Notes: a model not told the origin generated them from the sequence alone. DNA of 64,000 bases from Anaerolineae bacterium (GCA_027021705.1 JALUTT010000170.1:17616-81615), one strand, 5' to 3'; shown: positions 47,995-59,691, numbered from the stretch's first letter. Numbers and translations are program-made.

Positions 47995-49569
47995 GTGACT
48001 TCTGCGGAAGAGGACAGACGCCAGATCGTCCGGGCGGCAACGGTGGTGATGACCGCCTTCATCCTCAGTCGGCTCTTGGGGCTGGTCCGGCAGCGGGTGA
48101 TCGGCCTCTACTTCGGCACCAGCGCCGACCTGGACGCCTACCTGGCTGCCTTCCGCATCCCTGATCTCATCTTTCAATTGATGGCCGGCGGAGCCCTCGG
48201 CTCCGCCTTCATCCCCACTTTCACCGGCTACCTGGCCCGAGGTGACCGGCCCGGAGCTTGGCGGCTGGCCAGCGCCGTCATCAACTTGCTGCTGGTCACG
48301 CTGACGGGGTCCGCCCTCCTGGCCGGCCTGACCGCCCCCTGGCTAGTCGCTACCCTCATCGCCCCCGGCTTTCCCCCGGCCCAACAGCAGCTCACCGTCG
48401 CGCTGATGCGGGTGATGCTCCTCTCGACCATCGTCTTCGGCGTCAGCGGTGTGGTGATGGGGGCGCTGAACGCCTACCAGCACTTCCTGTTGCCGGCCGT
48501 GGCTCCGATGCTCTACAACCTGGGGATCATCGGGGGGGCGGTCCTCCTCTCGCCCACGCAGGGGGTGATGGGGCTGGCGGTGGGGGTGGTGGTCGGCGCG
48601 GCGCTCCACCTCTTGGTCCAGGTGCCGAGTCTCCTCCGCTTCCAGGCTCGCTACACTCCTCTGCTCACCCTGCGGGACCCCGGTGTGCAAGAGGTGCTCC
48701 GGCTGATGGCCCCTCGGGTGCTGGGGCTGGCCGTCGTCCAGGTCAACTTTCTGGTCAATACCAACCTGGCTTCCCGGCTGGGGGAGGGGCCGCTGTCAGC
48801 CCTCAACTACGCTTGGCTGCTGATGCTGCTCCCTCAGGGGGTCTTCGCCCAGGCGGTGGGCACCGCCGCCTTTCCCACCTTCGCCGAGCAGGTGGCCCGG
48901 GGGGAGGTGCGGGCAATGCGCTCGGCCCTGGCAGCGACGCTGCGGGCCGTCTTCGCCTTGAGCATCCCGGCTGCTGTGGGACTCGCCCTGCTGCGAGAGC
49001 CGCTGATCGGGCTCCTCTTCCGGGGGGGGGCCTTCCAGGAGGCCTCCGTGCAGATGGTCGCCTGGCCGCTCCTCTTCTACGCCCTGGGGCTGGTGGGCCA
49101 CGCCGGCCTGGAGATCGTCACCCGTGCCTTCTATGCCATGCACGACACGAAGACGCCGGTGTTGGTGGGAGGGCTGGCGATGGGGCTCAATCTCCTCTTC
49201 AGCCTTGCCTTCCTGCGGCTCTTCGCCGCCCTGGGCTGGATGCCCCACGGGGGACTGGCCCTGGCCAACTCCCTGGCGACGCTGCTGGAGACGGGAGGGC
49301 TGCTTCTCATCCTCCGTGCCCGTCTCCAGGGGCTGGAAGGCCGGCGGCTGCTGGCCGCCGTGGTCCAGAGTGGGATGGCCGCCGGCGCGATGGCCGTGGC
49401 GCTGGTGGGGCTGCGGATCGGCTGGCAGAGGGCCGGCGTCCTCATCCACAGCCTGGGGGGAATGGCCCTGGGAGCCACCATCTATGGAAGTGTGATGCTG
49501 GCCCTGGGGAATGAGGAGGTCCAAGCCATCGGACGACGGCTAGGGGGGCGGTGGGAACTGCGTCAATAG
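47995..49569 (+). CDS. murJ: Lipid II flippase MurJ (MviN)
   Basis: SRLLGLVR, DAYLAAFRIPD, GGALGSAFIP, RAFYAMHDTKTP, GLALANS. Confidence 0.95.
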   Translation: MTSAEEDRRQIVRAATVVMTAFILSRLLGLVRQRVIGLYFGTSADLDAYLAAFRIPDLIFQLMAGGALGSAFIPTFTGYLARGDRPGAWRLASAVINLLLVTLTGSALLAGLTAPWLVATLIAPGFPPAQQQLTVALMRVMLLSTIVFGVSGVVMGALNAYQHFLLPAVAPMLYNLGIIGGAVLLSPTQGVMGLAVGVVVGAALHLLVQVPSLLRFQARYTPLLTLRDPGVQEVLRLMAPRVLGLAVVQVNFLVNTNLASRLGEGPLSALNYAWLLMLLPQGVFAQAVGTAAFPTFAEQVARGEVRAMRSALAATLRAVFALSIPAAVGLALLREPLIGLLFRGGAFQEASVQMVAWPLLFYALGLVGHAGLEIVTRAFYAMHDTKTPVLVGGLAMGLNLLFSLAFLRLFAALGWMPHGGLALANSLATLLETGGLLLILRARLQGLEGRRLLAAVVQSGMAAGAMAVALVGLRIGWQRAGVLIHSLGGMALGATIYGSVMLALGNEEVQAIGRRLGGRWELRQ

Positions 49570-49611
49570 GAGCGCGACGATGCTGTGCCCCTGCCTTGGA
49601 CGACGGTGGGC

Positions 49612-50316
49612 TCACGCCGTCCAGAAAGCCTTCTTCAGGTCGGTGAACTCCTCCACGGGCCCGTCGAACCGGTTGCGCCCCAGGTCCAGGACGTAGACGT
49701 AGTCGGCGATCCTCAGGGCGTTGCGGATGTCCTGGTCCACCAGGACAATGGTAATCCCCTCCTCGTCCCGCAGGCGGGCCAGCAGCTCGTAGACCTCCCG
49801 GGTCAACAGTTTGGCCAGCCCCGCCGTTGGCTCGTCCACCAGGATCACCTTGGGGTCCGTCATCAGCGTGCGCCCCAGCTCCACCATCCGCTGCATCCCC
49901 CCGGAGAGTTCCCCGGCCCGGGAGCGACGCCGCTCCCGCAGGATGGGGAAGCGCTCGTAGTTCTCCTCGATCTTGCGCCGGATGCGAGCCTTGTCGTTGC
50001 GGAAGGTCCAGGCCCCCAGTTCCAGGTTCTCCTCCACCGTCATCCAGGGGAAGACGCTGGGGCGCTGGGGGACGTAGGCCAGCCCCATCTGGATGCGCCG
50101 GTAGGTGGGGATCCCGGCCAGGTTCTGGCCGTCCAGGAGGACTTCGCCGGCGTTGGGCGTCAGGAAGCCGTAGATGGCCTTGAGCAGGGTGGACTTGCCG
50201 ACGCCGTTGGCCCCCAGGATGGCGGTCAGCTTGCCCTTCTCCGCCGTGACGGAGACCCCCTGCAGGATGTTTAGGTCCTTGTAGTAGCCGACGTACAGGT
50301 CGCGTACTTCCAGCAT
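49612..50316 (-). CDS. Branched-chain amino acid-type ABC ATPase (LivF-like)
   Basis: GANGVGKS, LSGGMQRM, DEPTAGL. Confidence 0.92.
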   Translation of the reverse strand: MLEVRDLYVGYYKDLNILQGVSVTAEKGKLTAILGANGVGKSTLLKAIYGFLTPNAGEVLLDGQNLAGIPTYRRIQMGLAYVPQRPSVFPWMTVEENLELGAWTFRNDKARIRRKIEENYERFPILRERRRSRAGELSGGMQRMVELGRTLMTDPKVILVDEPTAGLAKLLTREVYELLARLRDEEGITIVLVDQDIRNALRIADYVYVLDLGRNRFDGPVEEFTDLKKAFWTA

Positions 50317-50328
50317 CTCCCCCCCTCC

Positions 50329-51051
50329 TCAGTCCTCTTTCCCCAGGTAGGCTTCGATGACCGCCGGGTCTTCCTTCACCTCGTCGGGATCGCCGTCGGC
50401 GATCAGCTCCCCGAAGTTGAGCACCAGCAGCCGCCGGCTCAGGGTGAAGATGGTCTCCATGTCGTGGCTGATGATGATGAAAGCTTTGCCCTGCCGGTGC
50501 ACCGTGGTGATGAACTCCCAGATGGTCTCCCGGAGCTTGGGGTGGACACCGGCGAAGGGCTCGTCGAGGATGATCAGGTCGGGGTCGAGCATCAGCAGCC
50601 GGCCCAACTCCAGCAGCTTCTGCTGGCCCCCGGAGAGGCTGCGGGCGTACTCGTAGGCCAGGTGGTCCATGGTCAGGAAGCGGAGGATCTCCATCGCCCG
50701 GTCCACGAAGTCCTGACGGCGACCGGTGGGGTGCAGGGCCATCGCCGGCACCAGCATGTTCTCCAGCACCGTCATCCGACGGAAGGCGCGGGTGACCTGG
50801 AAGGTGCGCCCCAGCCCCCGGCGGGCCACCTCGTAGGGGGGCAGCCCGCTGATCCGCTCCCCGTTCAGGTAGACCTCGCCCCGGGTGGGCTTGTAGACCC
50901 CGTTGAGGATGTTGGTCAGCGTCGTCTTGCCCGCCCCGTTCGGCCCGATCAGGCCGATCAGCTCCGGCCCTCGCACGGAGAAGGAGACCCCGTTGAGGGC
51001 CTGAATGCCCCCAAAGTGGATGTGGACATCGCGAACGTCTAGCTCGATCAT
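50329..51051 (-). CDS. Branched-chain amino acid-type ABC ATPase (LivG-like)
   Basis: FGGIQAL, GPNGAGKT, RTFQ, VIEAYLG. Confidence 0.93.
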   Translation of the reverse strand: MIELDVRDVHIHFGGIQALNGVSFSVRGPELIGLIGPNGAGKTTLTNILNGVYKPTRGEVYLNGERISGLPPYEVARRGLGRTFQVTRAFRRMTVLENMLVPAMALHPTGRRQDFVDRAMEILRFLTMDHLAYEYARSLSGGQQKLLELGRLLMLDPDLIILDEPFAGVHPKLRETIWEFITTVHRQGKAFIIISHDMETIFTLSRRLLVLNFGELIADGDPDEVKEDPAVIEAYLGKED

Positions 51052-52037
51052 GCCTGCTCTCCTACCTGTTTCGCCTTCTGGGCGCGTCCCACGATGACCG
51101 CCTCTCGGGCCTGCTGCAGGACCAGCCGGTCAATCAGCGGGTAGATCAGCCCATTGCGGGCGAAGCGGAGGGTGAGCATCAGCAGCAGGCCGAAGGCGAC
51201 CAGCCGCCAGTTGCCGACCTCCCGCAGCAGTTCCAGGGAGAACTGGACCAGGATGGCCCCGATGGCCGCGCCCACCAAGCTCTCGATCCCCCCGATGACC
51301 GCCATAGCGATGACGATGCTCATCTGCCCCAGGATGAGGATGTTGGGGGTGACGAGGCCGATGTAGTGGGCCTCCACGCCCCCGGCCAGGCCGGCGACCA
51401 TCGCCGTGATGACGAAGGCGGCGATCTTGTAGCGGACGATGTGGACACCCATCGCGGCGGCGGCCTCCTCGTCCTCCCGGATGGAGCGGAAGAAGAGGCC
51501 GAAGCGGGAGCCGGCCAGCCAGTACATAAAGCCCAGAGAGGCCAGGAGCAGGATGAGCATCAGGTAGTAGTAGGGCACGCGCGACGTGGTCGCCAGCAGC
51601 GGCTCCAGGGAGAGCCCGTTCGGCCCGCCGGTGATCTTCAGCTCGGCGTTCAGGGTCAGCCGCAGCACCTCGGAGAAGGCGATGGTGAAGAGGGCCAGGT
51701 AGGCACCGCGCAGCCGGAGGCAGAGGGTGCCGATGATGAGGCCGACGAAGCCGGCCAGGACCGTGCTGGCGACGATGCCCACCGCCGGCGTCGTGCCCAG
51801 GTATTTGCCCATCAGGCCGGACCCGTAGGCTCCGATGGCCATAAAGGCCATGTGGGCGAAGGAGAACTGCCCGGCATAGCCGGCCAGGAGCGACCAACTG
51901 GAGGCCAGGATGGCGTAGAAGTAGGCCACGATGGCTACGTGCAGCCAGTAGGGGTAGTCGGACAACAGCAGCGGGGCGCTGAGGGCGATGAGCAGTGCGC
52001 CCCCGGTCAGAATCCACCGCCAGTCTATCCGTCTCAT
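51048..52037 (-). CDS. ABC permease (LivM-like)
   Basis: GYAGQFSFAH, LRLRGAYLALFT, TGGPNG, IREDE. Confidence 0.93.
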   Translation of the reverse strand: MRRIDWRWILTGGALLIALSAPLLLSDYPYWLHVAIVAYFYAILASSWSLLAGYAGQFSFAHMAFMAIGAYGSGLMGKYLGTTPAVGIVASTVLAGFVGLIIGTLCLRLRGAYLALFTIAFSEVLRLTLNAELKITGGPNGLSLEPLLATTSRVPYYYLMLILLLASLGFMYWLAGSRFGLFFRSIREDEEAAAAMGVHIVRYKIAAFVITAMVAGLAGGVEAHYIGLVTPNILILGQMSIVIAMAVIGGIESLVGAAIGAILVQFSLELLREVGNWRLVAFGLLLMLTLRFARNGLIYPLIDRLVLQQAREAVIVGRAQKAKQVGEQA

Positions 52038-52975
52038 TCCTCCCTCCCGAAGAGCCCTGTAGGTCGCAAGAGGAGCACCAGGGCGAAGATCACCATGCCG
52101 TAGGCGTCCCGGTAGGCGAAGGCCCGATTGGGGTCCGGCAGCAGCCCGGTGCCCAGGGCCTCCACGATGCCGATGATCAACCCGCCCAACATCGCGCCGG
52201 GGATGGAGCCCATACCGCCGAGGACGATGATGACGTAGGACTTGATGGCCGCCGGTGCGCCCACGGCCGGCACCCAGGCGAAGGTGGGCACCAGAGCGGC
52301 CCCGGACATACCGGCCAGCATCGTGCCCAGCCCGAAGGCCAACGTGCTCATAGTGAGCGGGTTCACCCCCACCACCGCGGCCGCCTGCTTGTCCTGGCTG
52401 ACCGCCCGCAGCCCTTTCCCCAGCCAGGTGCGGTGGATCAGGTAGAGCATCGCCAGCATCAAGACGACGGCAATGACGGCGGCCGTCAGGCGGGTGGCGC
52501 TGAGGGGGATGGTGCCCAGCTTCAGCGTCGCTGCCGTCGCCTTGATGGGTCCCAGTTCAAAAGTGGGAAGGTCGAAGTAGCGGCGGGTCTTCTTGGGGTG
52601 GGGGCCGACCAGCGCCAGGGTCAGGTATTGCAGGAAGAAGCCCAGGCCGAAGGTGACGAGGATGGCGTACTCGCCGGGGCGCTCGACCTTCTCCTCGGCC
52701 AGGGGACGGAGGAAGATGCGCTCGAAGACGGCCCCGATGGCGAAGGTTGCGGTCCCGGCCAGGAGAATGGCCAGCAGGGGGTGCAAGCCGGTAAAGGTGT
52801 CCAGCAGGTAGTAGGCGACGTAGCCCCCGATCATGTAGTGCTCGCCGTGGGCGAAGCTGACTACCCGGAGCACCGAGAAGATCAGGGTCAGCCCCATCGC
52901 CATCAGGGCGTAGATGAAGCCGATCAGCAGCCCGTCGGCGAGGAGCCTGAGGATGAAGGGGAAGTTGATCTCCAT
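52034..52975 (-). CDS. ABC permease (LivH-like)
   Basis: YALMAMGLTLIF, SFAHGE, VLGGMGSIPGA, RPTGLFG. Confidence 0.93.
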   Translation of the reverse strand: MEINFPFILRLLADGLLIGFIYALMAMGLTLIFSVLRVVSFAHGEHYMIGGYVAYYLLDTFTGLHPLLAILLAGTATFAIGAVFERIFLRPLAEEKVERPGEYAILVTFGLGFFLQYLTLALVGPHPKKTRRYFDLPTFELGPIKATAATLKLGTIPLSATRLTAAVIAVVLMLAMLYLIHRTWLGKGLRAVSQDKQAAAVVGVNPLTMSTLAFGLGTMLAGMSGAALVPTFAWVPAVGAPAAIKSYVIIVLGGMGSIPGAMLGGLIIGIVEALGTGLLPDPNRAFAYRDAYGMVIFALVLLLRPTGLFGREE

Positions 52976-53136
52976 AGCCGATGCCCTCCGAAGCTGTCTG
53001 GCGGTGCCCGGCATCGGACAGCGGAAGGGGTGCGCCCTCATCCATCTGGTGCCGAGCACCTGGGGGCTTCAACCGATGGGAGATGGGGGGCGACCAGCCG
53101 GTCACCCCCCGGATCTGTTGTGGCCCCCTCGGCCGG

Positions 53137-54545
53137 TTACGGCTTGGTGCCGTAGGGGATGAGGAAGGTGCCGTGGGTCTGGTAGCGCTCCGGCCAGACC
53201 ACGGCGGCCTCATCGGCGCTCTGCCCCTGCTCGAAGTACTGGAGGAAGAGGACGGCCGGCTCCGGCCACTGATGCCACATCCACTCCGGCTGATCGGGGG
53301 GCACCGGATTCTTCCGCCCGTAGGGGAAGTAGTAGTGGCCCTGGGCACCGATCATGTCCGTCTCTTCTAGGGCGTCAATGATGGCGTCGGGGTCCAGCGA
53401 GCCGGCTCGGTTGATGGCATCGGCCATGATCAGGAGGGAGTCGTAGGCCTCCAGGGCGTAGGACTCGGGGAAGCGGTCGAACTGCTTGCGGTACTCGGCC
53501 TCGAACTTCTTCGTCACATCGTTGGCCAGGGCCGGGACCAGGCCCACCTTGCGGAAGACGCAGTAGTTCCCGTCGGGCACGTTCTCCCAGAACTCGGGGT
53601 TGATGGCCACCTGGTTGGCGATGCAGACGGTCTCCTCGGTGGGCATCAGCCCCGCCTCGGCGGCCTGCTGCTCGAAGTTGTAGGAGGCCTCGCCGGTCAC
53701 CAGCGTCAGGACCACGTCGGGGTGCGGTCCAGAGCCTGGATGCGGGCGATGATGGGCGACCAATCCTGGGTGCCGATCTCGGCCAGGAAGATCTCCGAGT
53801 CAATCCCGCGCTCGGCCAGCCGCTCCTGGGTGGACTCGGCGGCGGGAACGCCGTAGTCGCTGTTCTCGGCCACGATGACGACGAACTCCGCCCCCAGGTC
53901 CTTGATGTAGTTGGCGTCGGCCTCGGCGACCATCGAGGAGGCCGGGGCGATGCGGAAGATCTCATCGTACTGGCTGCCCGTGATCTTGTCGTTCCAGGTC
54001 TCGGCGAAGACAACGGGCACGCGGTACTTGTGGGCAACTTCCATCATCGTTAGGCCCACGGCGCTGTGGTACTCGCCCACGATGGCGACGACGCAGTCCT
54101 GGGTGATCAGGCGCTCGGCCACCGCCGTCCCCCGCTCCGGCAGCCCCTCGGTGTCGTAGAAGACCAGGTCCACCGGCTTGCCCAGGACCCCGCCGGCCTC
54201 GTTGATGTGCTTGACGGCGATGTTGAGGGACCACTGCATCACCATGCCACCGACGACGGAGCCGGGGGCGGAGAGGGGACCGGTGGCTCCGATGAGGATC
54301 TTGTCCACCTCGTTGGGGTCGGTCGGGGCACAGCGGCCGGCCACCGGCGTCACCTCGACGACCTTTTCGACTTCCTTGGTGACCTCAACGATCTTCTCGA
54401 TCTCCTTGGTGACCTCGACGATCTTCTCGACCTCTTTGGTGACGACGACGGTTTCCTTGACGACCTCCGGGGTTGGCTGGGCGCAGGCTGCGAGGATGGT
54501 CATCGCCATGACCAGCAGCAAGAAGAGCGCGGCTTTGCGTTGCAT
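53137..54545 (-). pseudogene. LivK-like ABC substrate-binding lipoprotein split by a 1-nt frameshift
   Basis: ORFs 53706..54545 and 53137..53763 join as ...ALDRTP/DVVLTLV if one C is added to the C4 run (GGGG at 53719-53722 on +). Confidence 0.8.
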
Positions 54546-54694
54546 GAGACTCCTCCTTTACCTTTGGCGTGGAACGGGGATGGTTGTGATGGGGATGCGT
54601 GAGCAGTCAGTCCATGGGGAAAGACATTCGCTGGCTCATCTTTGCAGGGGGCCTCACCTCCTTTCCTCGGCGTGTGGAGCGTGAAAAACGAACT

Positions 54695-54820
54695 GGGAAG
54701 CGTGAGACGGGAAGCGTAAGACGTGAAGCGTGAGACGTGAAGCGTGAAGCGTGAGACGTGAAGCGTGAAGCGTGAAGCGTGAAGCGTGAAACGTGAAGCG
54801 TGAAGCGTGAGACGGGAAGC
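54695..54820. repeat. Heptamer tandem repeat (GTGAAGC/GTGAGAC), about 18 units
   Basis: cgtgaagcgtgagacgtgaagcgtgaagc... Confidence 0.95.
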
Positions 54821-54828
54821 GCAGGGCT

Positions 54829-55815
54829 TTACGGAAGCCGGACCTCCCCCCCAACGACTACGGCCCGGTCGTCAATGGTGACGGTGGGCTCGTAGAGCAC
54901 CATGTCCATGTGCACGGCGCTGCGGGTCTGCCCACCGTAGAAGATGTTATCACCCAGGGCGATGTGGACGTTGCCCCGGGCCTTCTTTTCCTCCTCGAAG
55001 TCGCCGTTGCGCAGGCTCCAACCGTTCAGGCCGATCCCGATCTCGGCAATGTTGTCGGCGTTCTCGATGGTCGCCAGGATGCGGCGCAGTTCGGCGGCCG
55101 TTCGCCCCCCTCCTTCCACCGCCGTTACACGCCCGCCGGCCACCCGGAGCGTGATGGGAGCGTCGGGCAGGCCCAGATAGCAGATGGGACCGTCCACGAC
55201 GATCACCCCCTCGGCCGTCCCCTCGTTGGGTCCCTGGGAGACCTCGCCGTCGGGGAAGGCGGCCTCCTGGCCCGGCTCGGTGGCGAAGCCGCACTCGATG
55301 ATGGGCGCAGCGTGGCCGATCTCCGCCACCAGGTCGGTGCCGGCGGGGGTGGTCACCCGGATGCGCCGCCCGCCCTCCCAGAGAGCGGCCAGCCGCTTTC
55401 CGTCGGCGTAGAGGGCTTCGTAGTCGGCCAGAGCGCCGCCGGTGGTGAAGTTCTCCAGCCCCCGGAAGACCATCGAGATGGTGCGCAACTGTCGGGCGTT
55501 GTAGAGGCGTTTGACCGCCTCGGCGTAGGTGGGGGCGCCGGAGAAGCGGGTCAGCCCGATCAGGCAGTCCGCCGCCTCCAGCCCCCGCTCGATCATCGGC
55601 GTCAGATCGTTGCTCCGCGACCGGTCGCGGGTGGGCATGATGGCGATGGTGTACTCCGCCCCCACGCTCTCGACGATGCCGGCCAGCAGGTAGGCCATCG
55701 TCATCTCGGAGCCGGGGTCACAGACGATCATCACGTTCTCCCCCGGCCGGACGGCCAGGAGGTGCCGGACGATCAGATCGGCACTGCGGGTGAGGTCAAT
55801 GGTCCGTGGGTCCAC
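54829..55815 (-). CDS. M29 aminopeptidase-like / NicX-like metallohydrolase
   Basis: GTG after AAGGAGG; TPAGTDL, FPDGEV, EGVIVVDG, IAEIGIGLN, EEEK, HIALGDN, HMD. Confidence 0.8.
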   Translation of the reverse strand: MDPRTIDLTRSADLIVRHLLAVRPGENVMIVCDPGSEMTMAYLLAGIVESVGAEYTIAIMPTRDRSRSNDLTPMIERGLEAADCLIGLTRFSGAPTYAEAVKRLYNARQLRTISMVFRGLENFTTGGALADYEALYADGKRLAALWEGGRRIRVTTPAGTDLVAEIGHAAPIIECGFATEPGQEAAFPDGEVSQGPNEGTAEGVIVVDGPICYLGLPDAPITLRVAGGRVTAVEGGGRTAAELRRILATIENADNIAEIGIGLNGWSLRNGDFEEEKKARGNVHIALGDNIFYGGQTRSAVHMDMVLYEPTVTIDDRAVVVGGEVRLP

Positions 55816-55862
55816 GTTGTTCTTGCCTCCTTGGTCCACGTCGTCAACGGCAAACCGGCTCG

Positions 55863-57069
<1,207 letters not shown>

Positions 57070-57092
<23 letters not shown>

Positions 57093-57456
57093 AGCGGGAG
57101 ATCTGCCTGTCTGCGGTTAGGATGGGAATCCCCTCCACCTGGCTCTGGGCTATCAGGATCCGGTCGAAGGGGTCGCGATGGTGAGGTGGAAGGTGGTAGA
57201 CCTGGAGGGCATGGATGAGCTGAATGGGAAGCACCTGAAACGCATTCTGCTCGATCTGCTCAATAATGAAACGCAAGGAACCCCCTGGCAATTCAATTCG
57301 TCCCAGCCTGGCTTTGATGGCGATTTCCCAACCGCTGCCGGCGCTGAACAGCACCTCATTGTAGCCGTCCCCGATGATCCGACGGGCGAGCTCCGAGAGG
57401 CGCGGATCATCTGTAATCCACCAGAGGAAGACGTGAGTGTCCAACAGCACCCTCAT
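57070..57456 (-). CDS. VapC/PIN toxin
   Basis: LLDTHVFLW, WEIAIK, HRDPFDRILIAQ, LTAD. Confidence 0.93.
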
Positions 57457-57686
57457 TGCTCAAAAGCCTCCAAGAGGTCTTCCGGTAAGGGAGCGTCAAA
57501 ATCGGGGTGGATGACCACCTTCCCGGCCGCGCTCCCCGGTTCCCGACGCGCGGGGGTCTTGGCAATGGGGACGAGGCGGGCAATAGGACGACCCGCCTTG
57601 GCGATCACGATCTCCTCTCCGGCCATCACGCGCAACAGCAGGCGAGACAGATGGGTTTTCGCCTCGTGGATATTGACAACCGTCAT
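57453..57686 (-). CDS. Phd/YefM family antitoxin
   Basis: VNIHEAKTHLSRLL...GEEIVIAKAGRPIARLVP, DFDAPLP. Confidence 0.93.
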   Translation of the reverse strand: MTVVNIHEAKTHLSRLLLRVMAGEEIVIAKAGRPIARLVPIAKTPARREPGSAAGKVVIHPDFDAPLPEDLLEAFEQ

Positions 57687-57727
57687 CGCTCCCTCCCTGG
57701 GTAACGGAGATCGAGTCAGGGATATTG

Positions 57728-57750
57728 TAGACTAAGTCTCTAGTCTAGTC
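57728..57750. promoter_or_regulatory. Putative antitoxin operator
   Basis: TAGACT-N8-AGTCTA palindrome directly upstream of the antitoxin. Confidence 0.55.
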
Positions 57751-57767
57751 AAATCCACCAGCGAATC

Positions 57768-58922
57768 TCACGCGAAAGCGCTCTCCCCGGTGAGCGCCCG
57801 ACCGATGATCAGCGTCTGGATCTGGCTGGTGCCCTCGTAGATGGTGGTGGCCAGGGCGTCGCGCAGGTGGCGCTCCACCGGATAGGCGTCGGTGTAGCCC
57901 AGCGCTCCGTGGATCTGGATGGCGGTGCGGGCGGCCCGTACCGCCAGTTCGGTGGCGTAGAGCTTCGCCATCGAGGTCTCCAGGGTGTTGCGCACCCCCC
58001 GGTTCTTCAAGTGGCCGGCCCGGTAGACGAGCATCCGGGCCGCCTCGACCTCGACGGCCATCCGGGCGATCATCTCCTGGACGAGCTGGAAGGCGGCGAT
58101 GGGCTTTCCGAAGGCGTGGCGCTGACGGGCGTAGGCGATGCTGGCCTCCAGGCAGGCCCGCGCCACGCCCACGCTGCCGGCCGCTACCCCGTAGCGTCCG
58201 TTGTCCAGGGCGCTCATCGCCACCTTGAAGCCCTGGCCCACCTCGCCCAGGACGTTCTCCTCCGGCACCCAGACGTCCTCCAGCGTCAGGTGGGCCGTGT
58301 GGGCTGCCTTCAGCCCCATCTTGCCCTTCACCCGCTCGACGGTGATGCCGGGGCTCTCCATCGGCACCAAAAAGGCGGTGATCCCCCGGTGGCCCCGGTC
58401 GGGATTGGTCTGGGCGAAGAGGAGGCAGAGGCCGGCCTCGCTGCCGCTGGAGACCCAGGCTTTGCGCCCGGTGATCCGCCAGCCGTCGCCCTCCCGCCGG
58501 GCCTGGGTGCTCTGGTGGACGGCATCGGAGCCGGCCGTGTGCTCGGTGAGGGCGAAGCAGCCCAGGTAGCGCCCCCGGCTCAGGTCGGGGAGGTAGCGCT
58601 CCTTCTGGGCCTCCGTCCCCCAGCGCAGGATGGTCAAAGCGACCAGCGAGTTGTGGACCGAGAGGATGGTGCGCACCGAGGAGCAGACGCGCCCGATCTC
58701 CTCGAAGACGCAGGCTTCGCCGATGAAATCGGTGCCGTAGCCGCCATAGGTTTTGGGGATGGTGGGGGTCAGCAGGCCCGTGGGGGCCAGCTTCTGGATG
58801 ATCTCGTGGGGGAAGCGCTCCTCCCGGTCGTTGCGAGCGGCCACCGGGGCGATCTCGGCCTCGGCGAACTCCCGGGCCAGGCGGCGCACCTCCTCCTGGG
58901 CAGGGGTGAGGTCAAGGTCCAT
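57768..58922 (-). CDS. Acyl-CoA dehydrogenase
   Basis: FALTEHTAGSD, GRKAWVS, GFKVAMSALDNGR, QIHGALGY, IYEGTSQIQ. Confidence 0.95.
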   Translation of the reverse strand: MDLDLTPAQEEVRRLAREFAEAEIAPVAARNDREERFPHEIIQKLAPTGLLTPTIPKTYGGYGTDFIGEACVFEEIGRVCSSVRTILSVHNSLVALTILRWGTEAQKERYLPDLSRGRYLGCFALTEHTAGSDAVHQSTQARREGDGWRITGRKAWVSSGSEAGLCLLFAQTNPDRGHRGITAFLVPMESPGITVERVKGKMGLKAAHTAHLTLEDVWVPEENVLGEVGQGFKVAMSALDNGRYGVAAGSVGVARACLEASIAYARQRHAFGKPIAAFQLVQEMIARMAVEVEAARMLVYRAGHLKNRGVRNTLETSMAKLYATELAVRAARTAIQIHGALGYTDAYPVERHLRDALATTIYEGTSQIQTLIIGRALTGESAFA

Positions 58923-59691
58923 CGCGGTATCCCATCTCCTTGGAAATCTGGTGGGCGGTTTGGACGACCTGGGGGGCGATCTCCTCGATGCGCTCGCGGG
59001 TGAGGCGGTAGGCCGGCCCGGAGACGCTGATGGCGGCCACAACCTCGCCCTCGTGGTTGTAGAGGGGGGCCGAGATGGCGTGGAGCCCTTCCTCCAGCTC
59101 CTCGAAGGCGGTGGCGTAGCCTCGCTCGCGCACCTGGATCAGTTCGGCCCGCAGGACCTGGGGGTCGGTGATGGTGTGGGGGGTCAGGGCTTCGAGGGAG
59201 CCGTCCAGCAGCCGGGAGAGTTCCTCCTCAGGCAGGAAGGCGATGAGGGCTTTGCCCACGGAGACGGTGTGGACCGGCATGCGGCGTCCCACCCAGCCGA
59301 CACGCATCACCAGCCGTCGGGGGGGGACGAACTGCTCCAAGTTGACGGCGTCGCGGCCATCGAGGATGCTGAGGCTCACCGTCTCGCCCAGGGCGTCGGC
59401 CAACCGGCGGAGGTGGGGACGGGCGACGCGGCGGACGTCGGCGTAGGCGATGACGTTGTTGGCCAGGCCGATGAGGTCCACCCCCAGGCGGTACTGCCCG
59501 GTCTTGGGGTTCTGGGCCACGAGGCCCCCGGCCTCCAGCGTGGAAAGCAGACGGAAGACGGTGCTCTTAGGCAGGTTGAGGCGTCGGCTGAGCTCCCCGA
59601 CACCCAGCTCCGGCTCTTCGACCGAGAAGGCTTTGAGGATAGCGATGGCCCGCTCGACCGACTGGACCGTCGGCCCCTGCTTCTCCGTCAT
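58912..59691 (-). CDS. IclR family transcriptional regulator
   Basis: VQSVERAIAIL, LPKSTVFRLLSTL, GKALIA, VRERGYA, AAISVSGP. Confidence 0.95.
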   Translation of the reverse strand: MTEKQGPTVQSVERAIAILKAFSVEEPELGVGELSRRLNLPKSTVFRLLSTLEAGGLVAQNPKTGQYRLGVDLIGLANNVIAYADVRRVARPHLRRLADALGETVSLSILDGRDAVNLEQFVPPRRLVMRVGWVGRRMPVHTVSVGKALIAFLPEEELSRLLDGSLEALTPHTITDPQVLRAELIQVRERGYATAFEELEEGLHAISAPLYNHEGEVVAAISVSGPAYRLTRERIEEIAPQVVQTAHQISKEMGYRDGP

